Below, in pieces: positions 8,619 to 16,821 of a stretch of 24,702 nt of DNA (within the stretch, counting starts at the first letter, position 1; each line of letters begins with the position of its first letter). The notes beneath the pieces were generated by a model, which saw nothing but the letters and a program-made list of their open reading frames with translations, had not been told where the DNA came from and did not search any database. Both the position numbers and the translations under genes were made by a program. The stretch comes from Candidatus Aenigmatarchaeota archaeon (lineage in GTDB: Archaea; Aenigmatarchaeota; Aenigmatarchaeia; CG10238-14; SpSt-28), in assembly GCA_039000985.1 (NCBI GenBank), contig JAWBMD010000014.1, positions 1 to 24,702 on the forward strand, in the 5' to 3' direction.

Positions 8619-8817
8619 TAATCCCTTTTTCCCTCAAAACTGTTAATATTCTAGCTATATTTTTTCTTAAATCCCTTATTCTTTTAGTATTTTTCCCCAT
8701 TCTTCTCATTGCAATAGCGCTTCTTTCTTTAAACAATTCTAATTTTAATTCTTTTAATTTATTTTTTAATTCATTAACATCTAAATTTCTTAATTGTTTA
8801 GTTTTGAGAAGTGCCAC
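8611..8817 (-). CDS. rpl29: 50S ribosomal protein uL29 (probable GTG start at 8817)
   Basis: LR......L...L.ELKLEL and IR.LRKNIARILTV motifs; sits after uS3. Confidence 0.93.
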   Translation of the reverse strand: MALLKTKQLRNLDVNELKNKLKELKLELFKERSAIAMRRMGKNTKRIRDLRKNIARILTVLREKGINA

Positions 8818-9418
8818 TTTCCATTTCCTTTTCAAAAACAAACTCGGTTGGAGCTTCCTTCAAGATTTTTACAGTAACACCTATTATTCCATGAGGTATA
8901 ATAGCTCTATAATGTGCTTCATCAACAAGCTCTTCCCTATAATTTCCAGAATGCAAGATATAACCATCTCTAAATTTTTGTGCTGAAGACCTTTCCTTTC
9001 CTATAAGTTTTCCAGATACCTCTATTAAACAGCCAACAGCTCCGCTTTCCATTACCTTACCTAAATAATAGTTAGTAGCTTTTTTATAATCTATTCCCCT
9101 CTCTATAGCTCTTCCTATTTTTCTAGCAACAACATAAGCATTTAAGAATGGCTTTTCTATTTCTTTAAATTCTATTTTTGGATCGATTAACTTAAACCTT
9201 TCTTTGAACTCGTTTTCTAGCATAATTCTTTTTTTATTACCAAATTCTAATGCTCTAGCTAAATTAACAACATAAACATAAATTCTAGTTGTATAAGGCA
9301 TCATCAATATATCACAACCACCATAACCAAAACTATCAAATTTTTCTCTTAAAATTTTTTCCATTTCATTTTTAATAATCTTAATCTTAATTAAATTTTT
9401 TAATTTTTCCTCTGGCAT
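8798..9418 (-). CDS. rps3: 30S ribosomal protein uS3
   Basis: KH domain plus GAVGCLIEVSGKL..ER, GIIGVTVKI; operon context. Confidence 0.93.
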   Translation of the reverse strand: MPEEKLKNLIKIKIIKNEMEKILREKFDSFGYGGCDILMMPYTTRIYVYVVNLARALEFGNKKRIMLENEFKERFKLIDPKIEFKEIEKPFLNAYVVARKIGRAIERGIDYKKATNYYLGKVMESGAVGCLIEVSGKLIGKERSSAQKFRDGYILHSGNYREELVDEAHYRAIIPHGIIGVTVKILKEAPTEFVFEKEMESGTSQN

Positions 9419-9747
9419 TATTTTTCTGCCAAAACTATTTCAATATGTGTTGATTTCATTCTTCTTCCTCTAAATCTTGCTCTAGTTTTTGGTCTAACGA
9501 ATTTTTCACCTTTATTGGCAATTGCTTTCATAACATAAATTCTTTCTAAGTTTAAATTAAGTTGCCTTGCATTTTCCTTAGCACTTTTTAAAACTTCTAA
9601 TATTTTTTTGCTTGCTTTTGAATTAATATTTTCTAACAATTTCTGAGCTTTTTCAACCTTTTTATTTTTTATAATTTTACATATTTCTATGGATTTTTTC
9701 AAAGAAATATCTAAATTATAAGCCCTAGCAATAGCAGTTCTATCCAT
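9418..9747 (-). CDS. rpl22: 50S ribosomal protein uL22, unusually short (109 aa)
   Basis: ISLKKSIEIC..IK, KA...IL.VL.SA..NA, THIEIVL; between uS19 and uS3. Confidence 0.93.
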   Translation of the reverse strand: MDRTAIARAYNLDISLKKSIEICKIIKNKKVEKAQKLLENINSKASKKILEVLKSAKENARQLNLNLERIYVMKAIANKGEKFVRPKTRARFRGRRMKSTHIEIVLAEK

Positions 9748-10142
9748 TACTTTTTAGAAGCAACATGTAGAGTACCCTTACTAGCTCCTATTCCAGGTGC
9801 ACTATGTTTAACATATTTTGTAGTATGAGCAAACTCTCCCAACCTTCTACCTATCATTTCTGGAGTAATGTTTAAAGATACCCATTTTTCTGAGCTACCT
9901 CCTCTATAAACACCTATTTTAGCACCAACCATTTGTGGTAAAATAATCATATCTCTCAAATGAGTTTTATGAAATTTGTCTGGATATTTTAATATATTTT
10001 CCAAAAATTTTCTCTTTTGGTTATCTAAACCTCTTAAAAGACTTCTTTTAATCCTACTATTAGAAATTTTTGCAAACTCCTCAATACTCATTTTTTTAAG
10101 TTCATCTAAAGTATAACCATAATACCTGAATTCTTTAACCAT
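9747..10142 (-). CDS. rps19: 30S ribosomal protein uS19
   Basis: F.Y.G..LDEL, R.KRSL.RG, KTHLRDMIILPQMVG, PEMIG.RLGEF, VKH..PGIGA. Confidence 0.97.
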   Translation of the reverse strand: MVKEFRYYGYTLDELKKMSIEEFAKISNSRIKRSLLRGLDNQKRKFLENILKYPDKFHKTHLRDMIILPQMVGAKIGVYRGGSSEKWVSLNITPEMIGRRLGEFAHTTKYVKHSAPGIGASKGTLHVASKK

Positions 10143-10148
10143 AATAAA

Positions 10149-10289
10149 TTATATTGCTTTTACTCTTTTAATATTTTTTGGTCTAACTTTTTGAACAACT
10201 CTAAAACCACAATAAGGACATCTTAAACTTTCATCAAACTGCTTCCATTCCATCTCTTTTTTACACATTATGCATTTATAAATACTCAT
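10149..10289 (-). CDS. rpoP: DNA-directed RNA polymerase subunit Rpo12 (RpoP), 46 aa (not in ORF track)
   Basis: Hand translation MSIYKCIMCKKEMEWKQFDESLRCPYCGFRVVQKVRPKNIKRVKAI*: Zn ribbon YxCxxC...RCPYCG.R...K.RP. Confidence 0.93.
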   Translation of the reverse strand: MSIYKCIMCKKEMEWKQFDESLRCPYCGFRVVQKVRPKNIKRVKAI

Positions 10290-10462
10290 AAATAATATGC
10301 TGGGCCAGCAAATTTATAATTGCATTTTTCACATTTCCAAATACCAGCTTGGACTCTTTTTACAGAATATCTATCACATTTTGGACACCTATATTTTTTT
10401 CTACTCAAACTTCTTATTTCTTGAATCTTTTTCCTTACTTTTGCAGGATATCTTGCTCCCAC
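10286..10462 (-). CDS. rpl37ae: 50S ribosomal protein eL43 (L37ae), 58 aa, GTG start (not in ORF track)
   Basis: Hand translation MGARYPAKVRKKIQEIRSLSRKKYRCPKCDRYSVKRVQAGIWKCEKCNYKFAGPAYYL*; stop overlaps the rpoP start (ATGA). Confidence 0.93.
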   Translation of the reverse strand: MGARYPAKVRKKIQEIRSLSRKKYRCPKCDRYSVKRVQAGIWKCEKCNYKFAGPAYYL

Positions 10463-10463
10463 T

Positions 10464-10727
10464 TTACCAAATAATTTTATATTTTTTCTTTAAATTTTCA
10501 CTAGCAATTTGTAATATTTCCTTTAATTTGTTATCATCTATAATGCCTTTTAATTTACCAGAATAATATGATTCTATAAGATAAGCTTCTACTCTTTCTG
10601 CAAGCTCTGGTTTAACAAGCCTTACTCTACCAAGCCTCTCTATTGCTTCCTTTGTTAAGAATTTTCTTAATAATTCTTTTTTAACCTTTTCTATTTCTTC
10701 TCTTTTTCTAACTTCAGCTTCTTCCAT
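10464..10727 (-). CDS. PDCD5-like double-stranded DNA-binding protein
   Basis: LT.EA.ERL.RVRLVKPELA..VE..LI and I.D..LKEIL motifs; usual neighbour of eS19. Confidence 0.9.
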   Translation of the reverse strand: MEEAEVRKREEIEKVKKELLRKFLTKEAIERLGRVRLVKPELAERVEAYLIESYYSGKLKGIIDDNKLKEILQIASENLKKKYKIIW

Positions 10728-11095
10728 ATTTCATTTAAAAATTTTATACCTTGATTAGTTATAACTCTCCCTTTATTAGTTTTTTTAACAAAGCCAATAG
10801 ATTCTAATTTTTGTAAAATTAATCTAATGTGCTTACCCCCGGCTTTGTAAAATTTTTCCGGTCTAGTACCTCTTTTTTTCCTACCTCCATAAATAACCCT
10901 AAAATCCTTAACGGAAATTGGCTTTCCTTTAGATAATTTTCTCAAAATCGAAGCAGCTCTTATATACCAAAAATCTTTTTGCTCTGGGGGTCTTTCTCTG
11001 TGAGCACCACTTTTTACAAACACTATAAAGCTTGGTGGTTCTAATTCTTTAAATTTTTTTAATTCTTCCTTTATTGCCTCTATAAACTTATCCAT
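10691..11095 (-). CDS. rps19e: 30S ribosomal protein eS19
   Basis: FVKSGAHRERPPEQ.DFWYIRAASILRK, YGGRK.RG..P, GR.IT..G. Confidence 0.96.
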   Translation of the reverse strand: MDKFIEAIKEELKKFKELEPPSFIVFVKSGAHRERPPEQKDFWYIRAASILRKLSKGKPISVKDFRVIYGGRKKRGTRPEKFYKAGGKHIRLILQKLESIGFVKKTNKGRVITNQGIKFLNEIWKKLKLEKEKK

Positions 11096-11101
11096 AAAAT
11101 A

Positions 11102-12028
11102 ATGATTAATTCAACATTTAAAAATTACTCAAAGCATATTCTTTTAAATCACAAATACCTTAATAAAATTGTGATAATATTAAGCGAAGAAAAGAATAAG
11201 CTTGCGAACGAAATAAGTAACATAAAGAATTTGAAGTTATCAACTTTTTATTCAAAAAAATTCCCAGATGGGGAAATTTATGTTAGATTAAAAGAAAAAA
11301 TAGATGATAAAGAAATAATATTAGCTCAAACTTTATTTCCTCCTAATGATTCCATAATAAAACTACTTTTAATATTAGATGAGTTAAACAATAAAGAAAT
11401 TAATTTAGTAATACCTTATCTAGCTTATTCAAGACAACACAAAAAATTTCTAGAAAATGAATGCATAAGCGCGAAAGCTTTATCAAAAATAATTCAAAAT
11501 TTTGATGTCAAAAAATTGATAACTGTTGAAGCACATAGTAATGAAATTTCTGAATATTACAAAGAAATTGAATTTATAAATGTTGGTGGCTTTGAAGAAA
11601 TAATAAAATACTTTGAGAATAAATTTGATATTGTTTTATTGCCAGATGATGAAAAAGAAAGAGTAGAAAAAATAAAAAAATTCTCAAAAATTTATAATTT
11701 TGATTTTTCTTATTTCATTAAAGAAAGGGATAGATATACTGGAGAGATCAAAACATATGTAAATGAAGAACTTAACCTAAAAAATAAAAAAATTTTATTG
11801 ATTGATGATATGATTAGCACTGGTGGCACTATCATAAATGCATTAAAAATATTAAAAAACATGAAAGTAAAACATGTTTATGTTTCTTGCGTTCATGGCC
11901 TATTTTTAAATGATTGCTGGAAAAAAATCAAAAAATTTAAGTTTGTAAGAGAAATAGTTTGCACAAACTCTATAGAAAATAAATTTAGTAAAATATCATT
12001 AGCTAAAACTATTTCAAACTTCCTATAG
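11102..12028 (+). CDS. prs: Ribose-phosphate pyrophosphokinase (true start may be GTG at 11171)
   Basis: FPDGEIYVR, PYLAYSRQ, IDDMISTGGT, CVHG, TNSI. Confidence 0.92.
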   Translation: MINSTFKNYSKHILLNHKYLNKIVIILSEEKNKLANEISNIKNLKLSTFYSKKFPDGEIYVRLKEKIDDKEIILAQTLFPPNDSIIKLLLILDELNNKEINLVIPYLAYSRQHKKFLENECISAKALSKIIQNFDVKKLITVEAHSNEISEYYKEIEFINVGGFEEIIKYFENKFDIVLLPDDEKERVEKIKKFSKIYNFDFSYFIKERDRYTGEIKTYVNEELNLKNKKILLIDDMISTGGTIINALKILKNMKVKHVYVSCVHGLFLNDCWKKIKKFKFVREIVCTNSIENKFSKISLAKTISNFL

Positions 12029-12419
12029 CTTCTACAATAATTTTTCTTCTCCTTGCTCTATCTAGCTCAATCAATAAAATGTTTTGCCATGTACCTCTAA
12101 CTAATTTTCCATCTTTAATTGGAAAAATGAGAAACTGCTTTATAAAAGAAGAAGCTAAATGTGCTGAAGCATTATCATCAATCAAATCATGTTTCCATTT
12201 GTTCTCAAACTCTTCTTTTATTTTTTTAATTAAATCTTGTTTTAAATAATTTTCATTTTCATTCGAAACTAAACAACATGTAGCATGTGGAACAAAAATA
12301 AAGCAAATACCATTTCTAATTCTTGATTTAAAAACTATATCTTCAATTTCCATTGTTAAATCAATTATTTCATACTTTTCCTTAGTATTAACTTCCAATT
12401 CCTTGAAAAAAACTTCCAT
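12009..12419 (-). CDS. yjbQ: YjbQ/UPF0047 family protein
   Basis: VPHAT....NENE, H...DDNA.AHL, GTWQ...IELD..R.R. Confidence 0.92.
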   Translation of the reverse strand: MEVFFKELEVNTKEKYEIIDLTMEIEDIVFKSRIRNGICFIFVPHATCCLVSNENENYLKQDLIKKIKEEFENKWKHDLIDDNASAHLASSFIKQFLIFPIKDGKLVRGTWQNILLIELDRARRRKIIVEAIGSLK

Positions 12420-12447
12420 ATATAAAGCTTTGTAAAAAAAGATTATT

Positions 12448-13308
12448 ATGAAATATTTAATCAGTTTAATAGTATTAGTTTCTGTATTTTTGCTCCTAAT
12501 AAATATTTACGAAGTAAAAGCCAGTGAAAATGTCTGGAAAATAGTAAAATCTATTATAATATTTCTTATTTCAACAATCATATTCTATGAAATTAGTAGA
12601 TATATAAGAAAATCAAAAATTGAAAAAGCAGAAAACATTTCTACATTAGTTTTACTAACTGGTATCATAATTTCTTCACTAATAGCTTTATCTATATTTG
12701 GTGTTTCTCTTAGTGGATTATTGATAGGTGGAACATTTGGAGGACTTATAATTGGATTAGCTCTACAACCAATCATAGGTAATTTGTTTGCTGGTATATT
12801 AATATTAGTTACTAGATACATAGAAGTTGGGAGTAAGATAAGAATATTAACTAGTCAAATACCATATCAAGTTTCTATGCTACCTGCCTACAAATTTTTT
12901 TCTGTTGATAATATCGATATAGGTTATGTATGTATGGTAAAAGAAATAGGGTTTTTCTTCTCTCAACTCGTTACAGAAGATGGTAAACTACTTAAAGTAC
13001 CAAATTTAGTTCTCATGAATTCTATTGTTATGAACATAGGTACTGAAGAAAGTGATTATAGAGTGGTAAGTATTCGAATAGAATTTCCGATAAAACTAAA
13101 AAAAGTAAAATCTTTAGACAAATTAGAAAAAATGATAAAAAGTGCTATAAAGGAATATAAAGTTATTGAGGGACCATATTTTAACGAACAATCTGACAAA
13201 GAAAACATTATAATTCAATTAAAGGTAGAATCTAAATGGAAAGAGTGGAAAAAAACTAAATCTGAAATACTGAAAAAACTTATGGACTTAAGAAGAAGAC
13301 TTAGCTAA
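12448..13308 (+). CDS. mscS: Small-conductance mechanosensitive channel
   Basis: TM helices, GLIIGLALQ...NLFAG, GS.I, DG....VPN motifs. Confidence 0.88.
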   Translation: MKYLISLIVLVSVFLLLINIYEVKASENVWKIVKSIIIFLISTIIFYEISRYIRKSKIEKAENISTLVLLTGIIISSLIALSIFGVSLSGLLIGGTFGGLIIGLALQPIIGNLFAGILILVTRYIEVGSKIRILTSQIPYQVSMLPAYKFFSVDNIDIGYVCMVKEIGFFFSQLVTEDGKLLKVPNLVLMNSIVMNIGTEESDYRVVSIRIEFPIKLKKVKSLDKLEKMIKSAIKEYKVIEGPYFNEQSDKENIIIQLKVESKWKEWKKTKSEILKKLMDLRRRLS

Positions 13309-13557
13309 TTACTTAGAAATAAATTCAATAGCTTTATTTGCATCAGGTATACCTATAAAAACTATTTTATCATCTATTAACGTTGTTGGAACAGCCATTA
13401 TGTTATATTTTAAAACTATTTCTCTCCCCTTTTCACTAACAACATCAACAACTTCTAAATCCATATTATCATACTTTTCCTTGAGTTTTTCCCAAATTAT
13501 TTTAGCTTTTGGGCAGTAAGGACACCCGTTGGAAACTACTAGTATCACTTTGTGCAT
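13309..13557 (-). CDS. Thioredoxin/glutaredoxin-like protein
   Basis: CPYC active site, IMAVPT, FIGIP. Confidence 0.9.
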   Translation of the reverse strand: MHKVILVVSNGCPYCPKAKIIWEKLKEKYDNMDLEVVDVVSEKGREIVLKYNIMAVPTTLIDDKIVFIGIPDANKAIEFISK

Positions 13558-13589
13558 AATATAATATAGATATTTAAAAATTAAATTGC

Positions 13590-14159
13590 CTAAAACAATT
13601 TTTCACTAACCTCCATTGCATCATCTACATCTGTAAATTCCATTTTAACACTTACCGAATAACTTTTATATTTGCCACTATTTCTCACATAATCCAAATA
13701 ATTTTTTAAATATCTTTTAAATACACCAGTGTTATCTGCAACAACTATTGCCCCTTTTTTTAATTTACTTTCAGATACTTTCAAATAATCTAAATACTCT
13801 TCCTTTATAGCATCTATGAAAAGCATATCAAATTTTTCATTTAATTTAGGAATTGCCTTCAAAGCATCACCAACAATAACTTTAATTTTTTTAAATAAAC
13901 CTGCTTTCTTTATATATCTTTTGGCTATCTCGGCAGTTTTTTTACTTATTTCTATAGTTGTTACAGTAGCTTTTTCATAACTTGAAGCCATTACTATAGC
14001 TGAATAACCATATAAAGTTCCTATTTCTAGAATCTTTTTTGGTTTAAATTCTTTTATTAGATTCCTTAAAATTTTCGATTTTTCTCTTCCAATAGAAGGA
14101 AGACTTTGTTCTTTGCTAATTTTTTCGATCTCATTTAAAACTAAATTAACTTTGTCCAT
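13590..14159 (-). CDS. Class I SAM-dependent O-methyltransferase (YrrM/TrmR-like family)
   Basis: ILEIGTLYGYSA, GDA, FDMLFIDA.K..Y, VVADN. Confidence 0.9.
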   Translation of the reverse strand: MDKVNLVLNEIEKISKEQSLPSIGREKSKILRNLIKEFKPKKILEIGTLYGYSAIVMASSYEKATVTTIEISKKTAEIAKRYIKKAGLFKKIKVIVGDALKAIPKLNEKFDMLFIDAIKEEYLDYLKVSESKLKKGAIVVADNTGVFKRYLKNYLDYVRNSGKYKSYSVSVKMEFTDVDDAMEVSEKLF

Positions 14160-14401
14160 TCTCTGTTTTTGTTGATAAATTCTTTAACGTAGGAACATTT
14201 TGGTACCACTTTCATTTTATTACTTTTAGCATAATTTAAAGCCTCTATAGTTAACTTTTTAGCTATGCCTCTCCCCCTATATTTTTCTGGAACAAATACT
14301 TCATAAATATTCATTTTATTTCCTTCAACTCGGAAAAGTAAGTGAGCTTCGTTTCCATTTAATTTAACATAAAACTTATTTTTTCCTTTTAAAACTTTCA
14401 T
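14141..14401 (-). CDS. Small GNAT N-acetyltransferase (YjdJ-like)
   Basis: VP..YRGRGIA acetyl-CoA motif; VVPKCSYV. Confidence 0.9.
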   Translation of the reverse strand: MKVLKGKNKFYVKLNGNEAHLLFRVEGNKMNIYEVFVPEKYRGRGIAKKLTIEALNYAKSNKMKVVPKCSYVKEFINKNREWTKLI

Positions 14402-15371
14402 AATGCATTTTTGTTTTCTCCAAATTTATTATTTCTCCTTTCATTCTGCTTTCATGAACTTTTGAAAACCATTCCTCTTTGCATGATAGTAAATACAGGG
14501 TTTTTATTAACCTTATGTTGTTCTCACAGTGCTTCAAAATAAATTTTCTGTTATCAATAAATTTTCTACCATCAAACAAAATTTCTTGTCTGGAAGAAAA
14601 GTCTCCCGGTTGATCTAAACCTGGAATATAATACTTAACCATGTCTTTGAATACTTCGATATCACAAACACCGAATAAATATCTTTTGACCTTTTTTGCA
14701 TTAAAATAGCTTTCATCTATTCCATATAAAATCATATCATAATTATTAAAAGCTAAAGATGAATAATTGGATATAGTAAAAAAATAACTCTTTAAATCAA
14801 ATTTATCACAAAAATTTTTCACAATACTTGCCCCTCTCAATGACATAAATCCATAAAATATTACTTTCTCTAATCTTTCAAAGAAACTTGAAATAGCTCT
14901 CAAGCATTTTATCATAGTCTTACCAGTAGCTATTGTATCAGCAACTATTAAAGAAAATTTTTCCTTACTATTTTCCATCTCTTTAAAATTTTTAAACTTT
15001 ATTTTAATAGTTTTTCCAACATGATTTCTAAAAGAAATTTTTTCATACTTTGGTAATATATAAATTTTTTTAGAATTTTTAAAAACAGTATTCAATTCAT
15101 AACCTAAGCAACCTCTCAATATATTTAACAACACAAAATTTTCATTACTTAATTTAAGTTCTTTTAAAGAAAGTAAAAATTCCTTAGCTGCTATTTTTGC
15201 ATGAAAAGAAAGACTCTTCCCAACAATACTTGGATAACATGCCATCTTTAAACAGCTTTTATTGTGTATAATAAAAAAATTTTCAATCTCTTCAAACAGA
15301 AAAAGATTTTTATTTACTTTCTTTACTGCTTCGAATTTTATTGGAAAGTATTCTATTATCTTAGACAACAT
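14376..15371 (-). CDS. Uncharacterised type I phosphoribosyltransferase-fold protein (UPRTase-like)
   Basis: LNILRG (cf. UPRTase ILRAG) and LIVADTIATGKT PRPP-loop motif; long unexplained C-terminal part. Confidence 0.55.
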   Translation of the reverse strand: MLSKIIEYFPIKFEAVKKVNKNLFLFEEIENFFIIHNKSCLKMACYPSIVGKSLSFHAKIAAKEFLLSLKELKLSNENFVLLNILRGCLGYELNTVFKNSKKIYILPKYEKISFRNHVGKTIKIKFKNFKEMENSKEKFSLIVADTIATGKTMIKCLRAISSFFERLEKVIFYGFMSLRGASIVKNFCDKFDLKSYFFTISNYSSLAFNNYDMILYGIDESYFNAKKVKRYLFGVCDIEVFKDMVKYYIPGLDQPGDFSSRQEILFDGRKFIDNRKFILKHCENNIRLIKTLYLLSCKEEWFSKVHESRMKGEIINLEKTKMHYESFKRKK

Positions 15372-15401
15372 AGTTAACTCTTGTTACTATTTATGTAAAA
15401 C

Positions 15402-15413
15402 AAAAATTTATTA
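15402..15413 (+). promoter_or_regulatory. Putative BRE/TATA promoter of tRNA-Gln
   Basis: AAAAA followed by TTTATTA, starting 27 nt before tRNA position 1; the AT-rich background weakens the call. Confidence 0.45.
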
Positions 15414-15433
15414 CGATAACTTAAACTAATTTT

Positions 15434-15506
15434 AGCTCCGTCGTCTAGAGGACAAGGATACCTGGCTCTGGACCAGGAGACGGCGGTTCGAATCCGCCCG
15501 GAGCTA
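15434..15506 (+). tRNA. tRNA-Gln (anticodon CTG), no intron, CCA not encoded
   Basis: Acceptor AGCTCCG/CGGAGCT with archaeal Gln-type A1-U72; anticodon arm CCTGG-CTCTGGA-CCAGG; T arm GGCGG-TTCGAAT-CCGCC; discriminator A. Confidence 0.97.
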
Positions 15507-15507
15507 T

Positions 15508-15831
15508 ATGAGAAAAGGATATAGAAGTGAAAGGAAAGTTAGAAAAATTTTAGAAGAAAATAAATGGCTTGTGATAAGATCAGCAGGTAGCTATGGTAAT
15601 GCAGATTTAATTTGCTTCAAAAATAAAAAATGTATTTTTCTACAAATAAAATCAACAAAAACAAAAACACTATACTATAAAGGTTATATGAAAGATAATA
15701 TAGAGGGATTTCCATTTTATGTTGTAGTAGATTTTGGTTATAATAAAATAAAAATATTTAAACCAAAAGAAAAACTAAATATTGATGATGGGGAAGAGTT
15801 TTTAAATTTCTTAAAAAGTAAGTTTAGATAA
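15508..15831 (+). CDS. hjc: Archaeal Holliday junction resolvase
   Basis: G...ER, VIRSAGS, ADLI, QIKS (PD-(D/E)xK family). Confidence 0.85.
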   Translation: MRKGYRSERKVRKILEENKWLVIRSAGSYGNADLICFKNKKCIFLQIKSTKTKTLYYKGYMKDNIEGFPFYVVVDFGYNKIKIFKPKEKLNIDDGEEFLNFLKSKFR

Positions 15832-16785
15832 GAACTCATCCAAATAATAATAAGCAACACATAAAACCGTATCGGCAGCACCATAATAAACTAATAACAA
15901 ATCATTTTTAACAACAGCACCACAAGAATAAACAACATTTGGTTTTACACCTTCTTTTTCATAACTTTCCTTTGGTTCAAGTATAGGATTAGGACAAATG
16001 AAATTGATTATACTTGGATCTTTATATTCTAACAAACATGCCCCTATTGAATAATAGCCATGTTTATTCAAAGCATGGAATAATAATAACCAGCCATCCT
16101 TTGTTTTTATTGGTGGTGGTCCTGCTCCTTTAATTCTTTCTGACCACGGAACAAAACTTATACCATTTATTATACCATTAGATTTTATATATTCGCCTTT
16201 TGCAAAATCTAGTGAATCCAAATATTCTAAAGCTATAGTTGGACAAATTTTATAAAGAATTACATATTTACCATTTAGTTTCTCTGGAAATATTACCCAA
16301 TTCTTATTATTAAAATTTGGAGGCGAAATAAGCTTAACTCTAGAAAAATTCCATTTCTTTTTTAATATATCTTTCTCTTTTATTTTTGTAAGACCTATTC
16401 TCAAACATGTTGGAGTTAAAATAGTTGATGTAAAGTAAACATTTTCCTCATTCTCCACTTTAGTTACTCTACAATCCTCAATACCTAAATAATTTAAACC
16501 AGGACTACTTTCAACCTCTATAACTTCTTCCTTATCTTTTTTATAAGCATATTGTAAAACTGGTTTATCGTGCCTAAAATCTATTGAAAATCCATTTTGT
16601 GAAGTAGCATAGCCAATTCTCGAAATCCAATCATTGCCAACAGCTCTATAAAAAAGATGTACCTTATTATCTAAAACAATTGCACCTGCATTAAAAGTTT
16701 CTAAACACTCCCAAGAATTTTGTGGAATTGGCTTTAGTATCGGATTACCAGAAAATCTATTTAACTCTAAAAATTTCCCAGCCAT
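15811..16785 (-). CDS. GH130-family glycoside phosphorylase/hydrolase (paralogue 1)
   Basis: NPILKP, FNAGA, LFYRA, EDCR, GAGPPPIKT..GWL, NVVYSCG, YYGAAD. Confidence 0.9.
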   Translation of the reverse strand: MAGKFLELNRFSGNPILKPIPQNSWECLETFNAGAIVLDNKVHLFYRAVGNDWISRIGYATSQNGFSIDFRHDKPVLQYAYKKDKEEVIEVESSPGLNYLGIEDCRVTKVENEENVYFTSTILTPTCLRIGLTKIKEKDILKKKWNFSRVKLISPPNFNNKNWVIFPEKLNGKYVILYKICPTIALEYLDSLDFAKGEYIKSNGIINGISFVPWSERIKGAGPPPIKTKDGWLLLFHALNKHGYYSIGACLLEYKDPSIINFICPNPILEPKESYEKEGVKPNVVYSCGAVVKNDLLLVYYGAADTVLCVAYYYLDEFLSKLTF

Positions 16786-16821
16786 GCTATAAATTACTTT
16801 TAAAACTTTACAAATATATAT

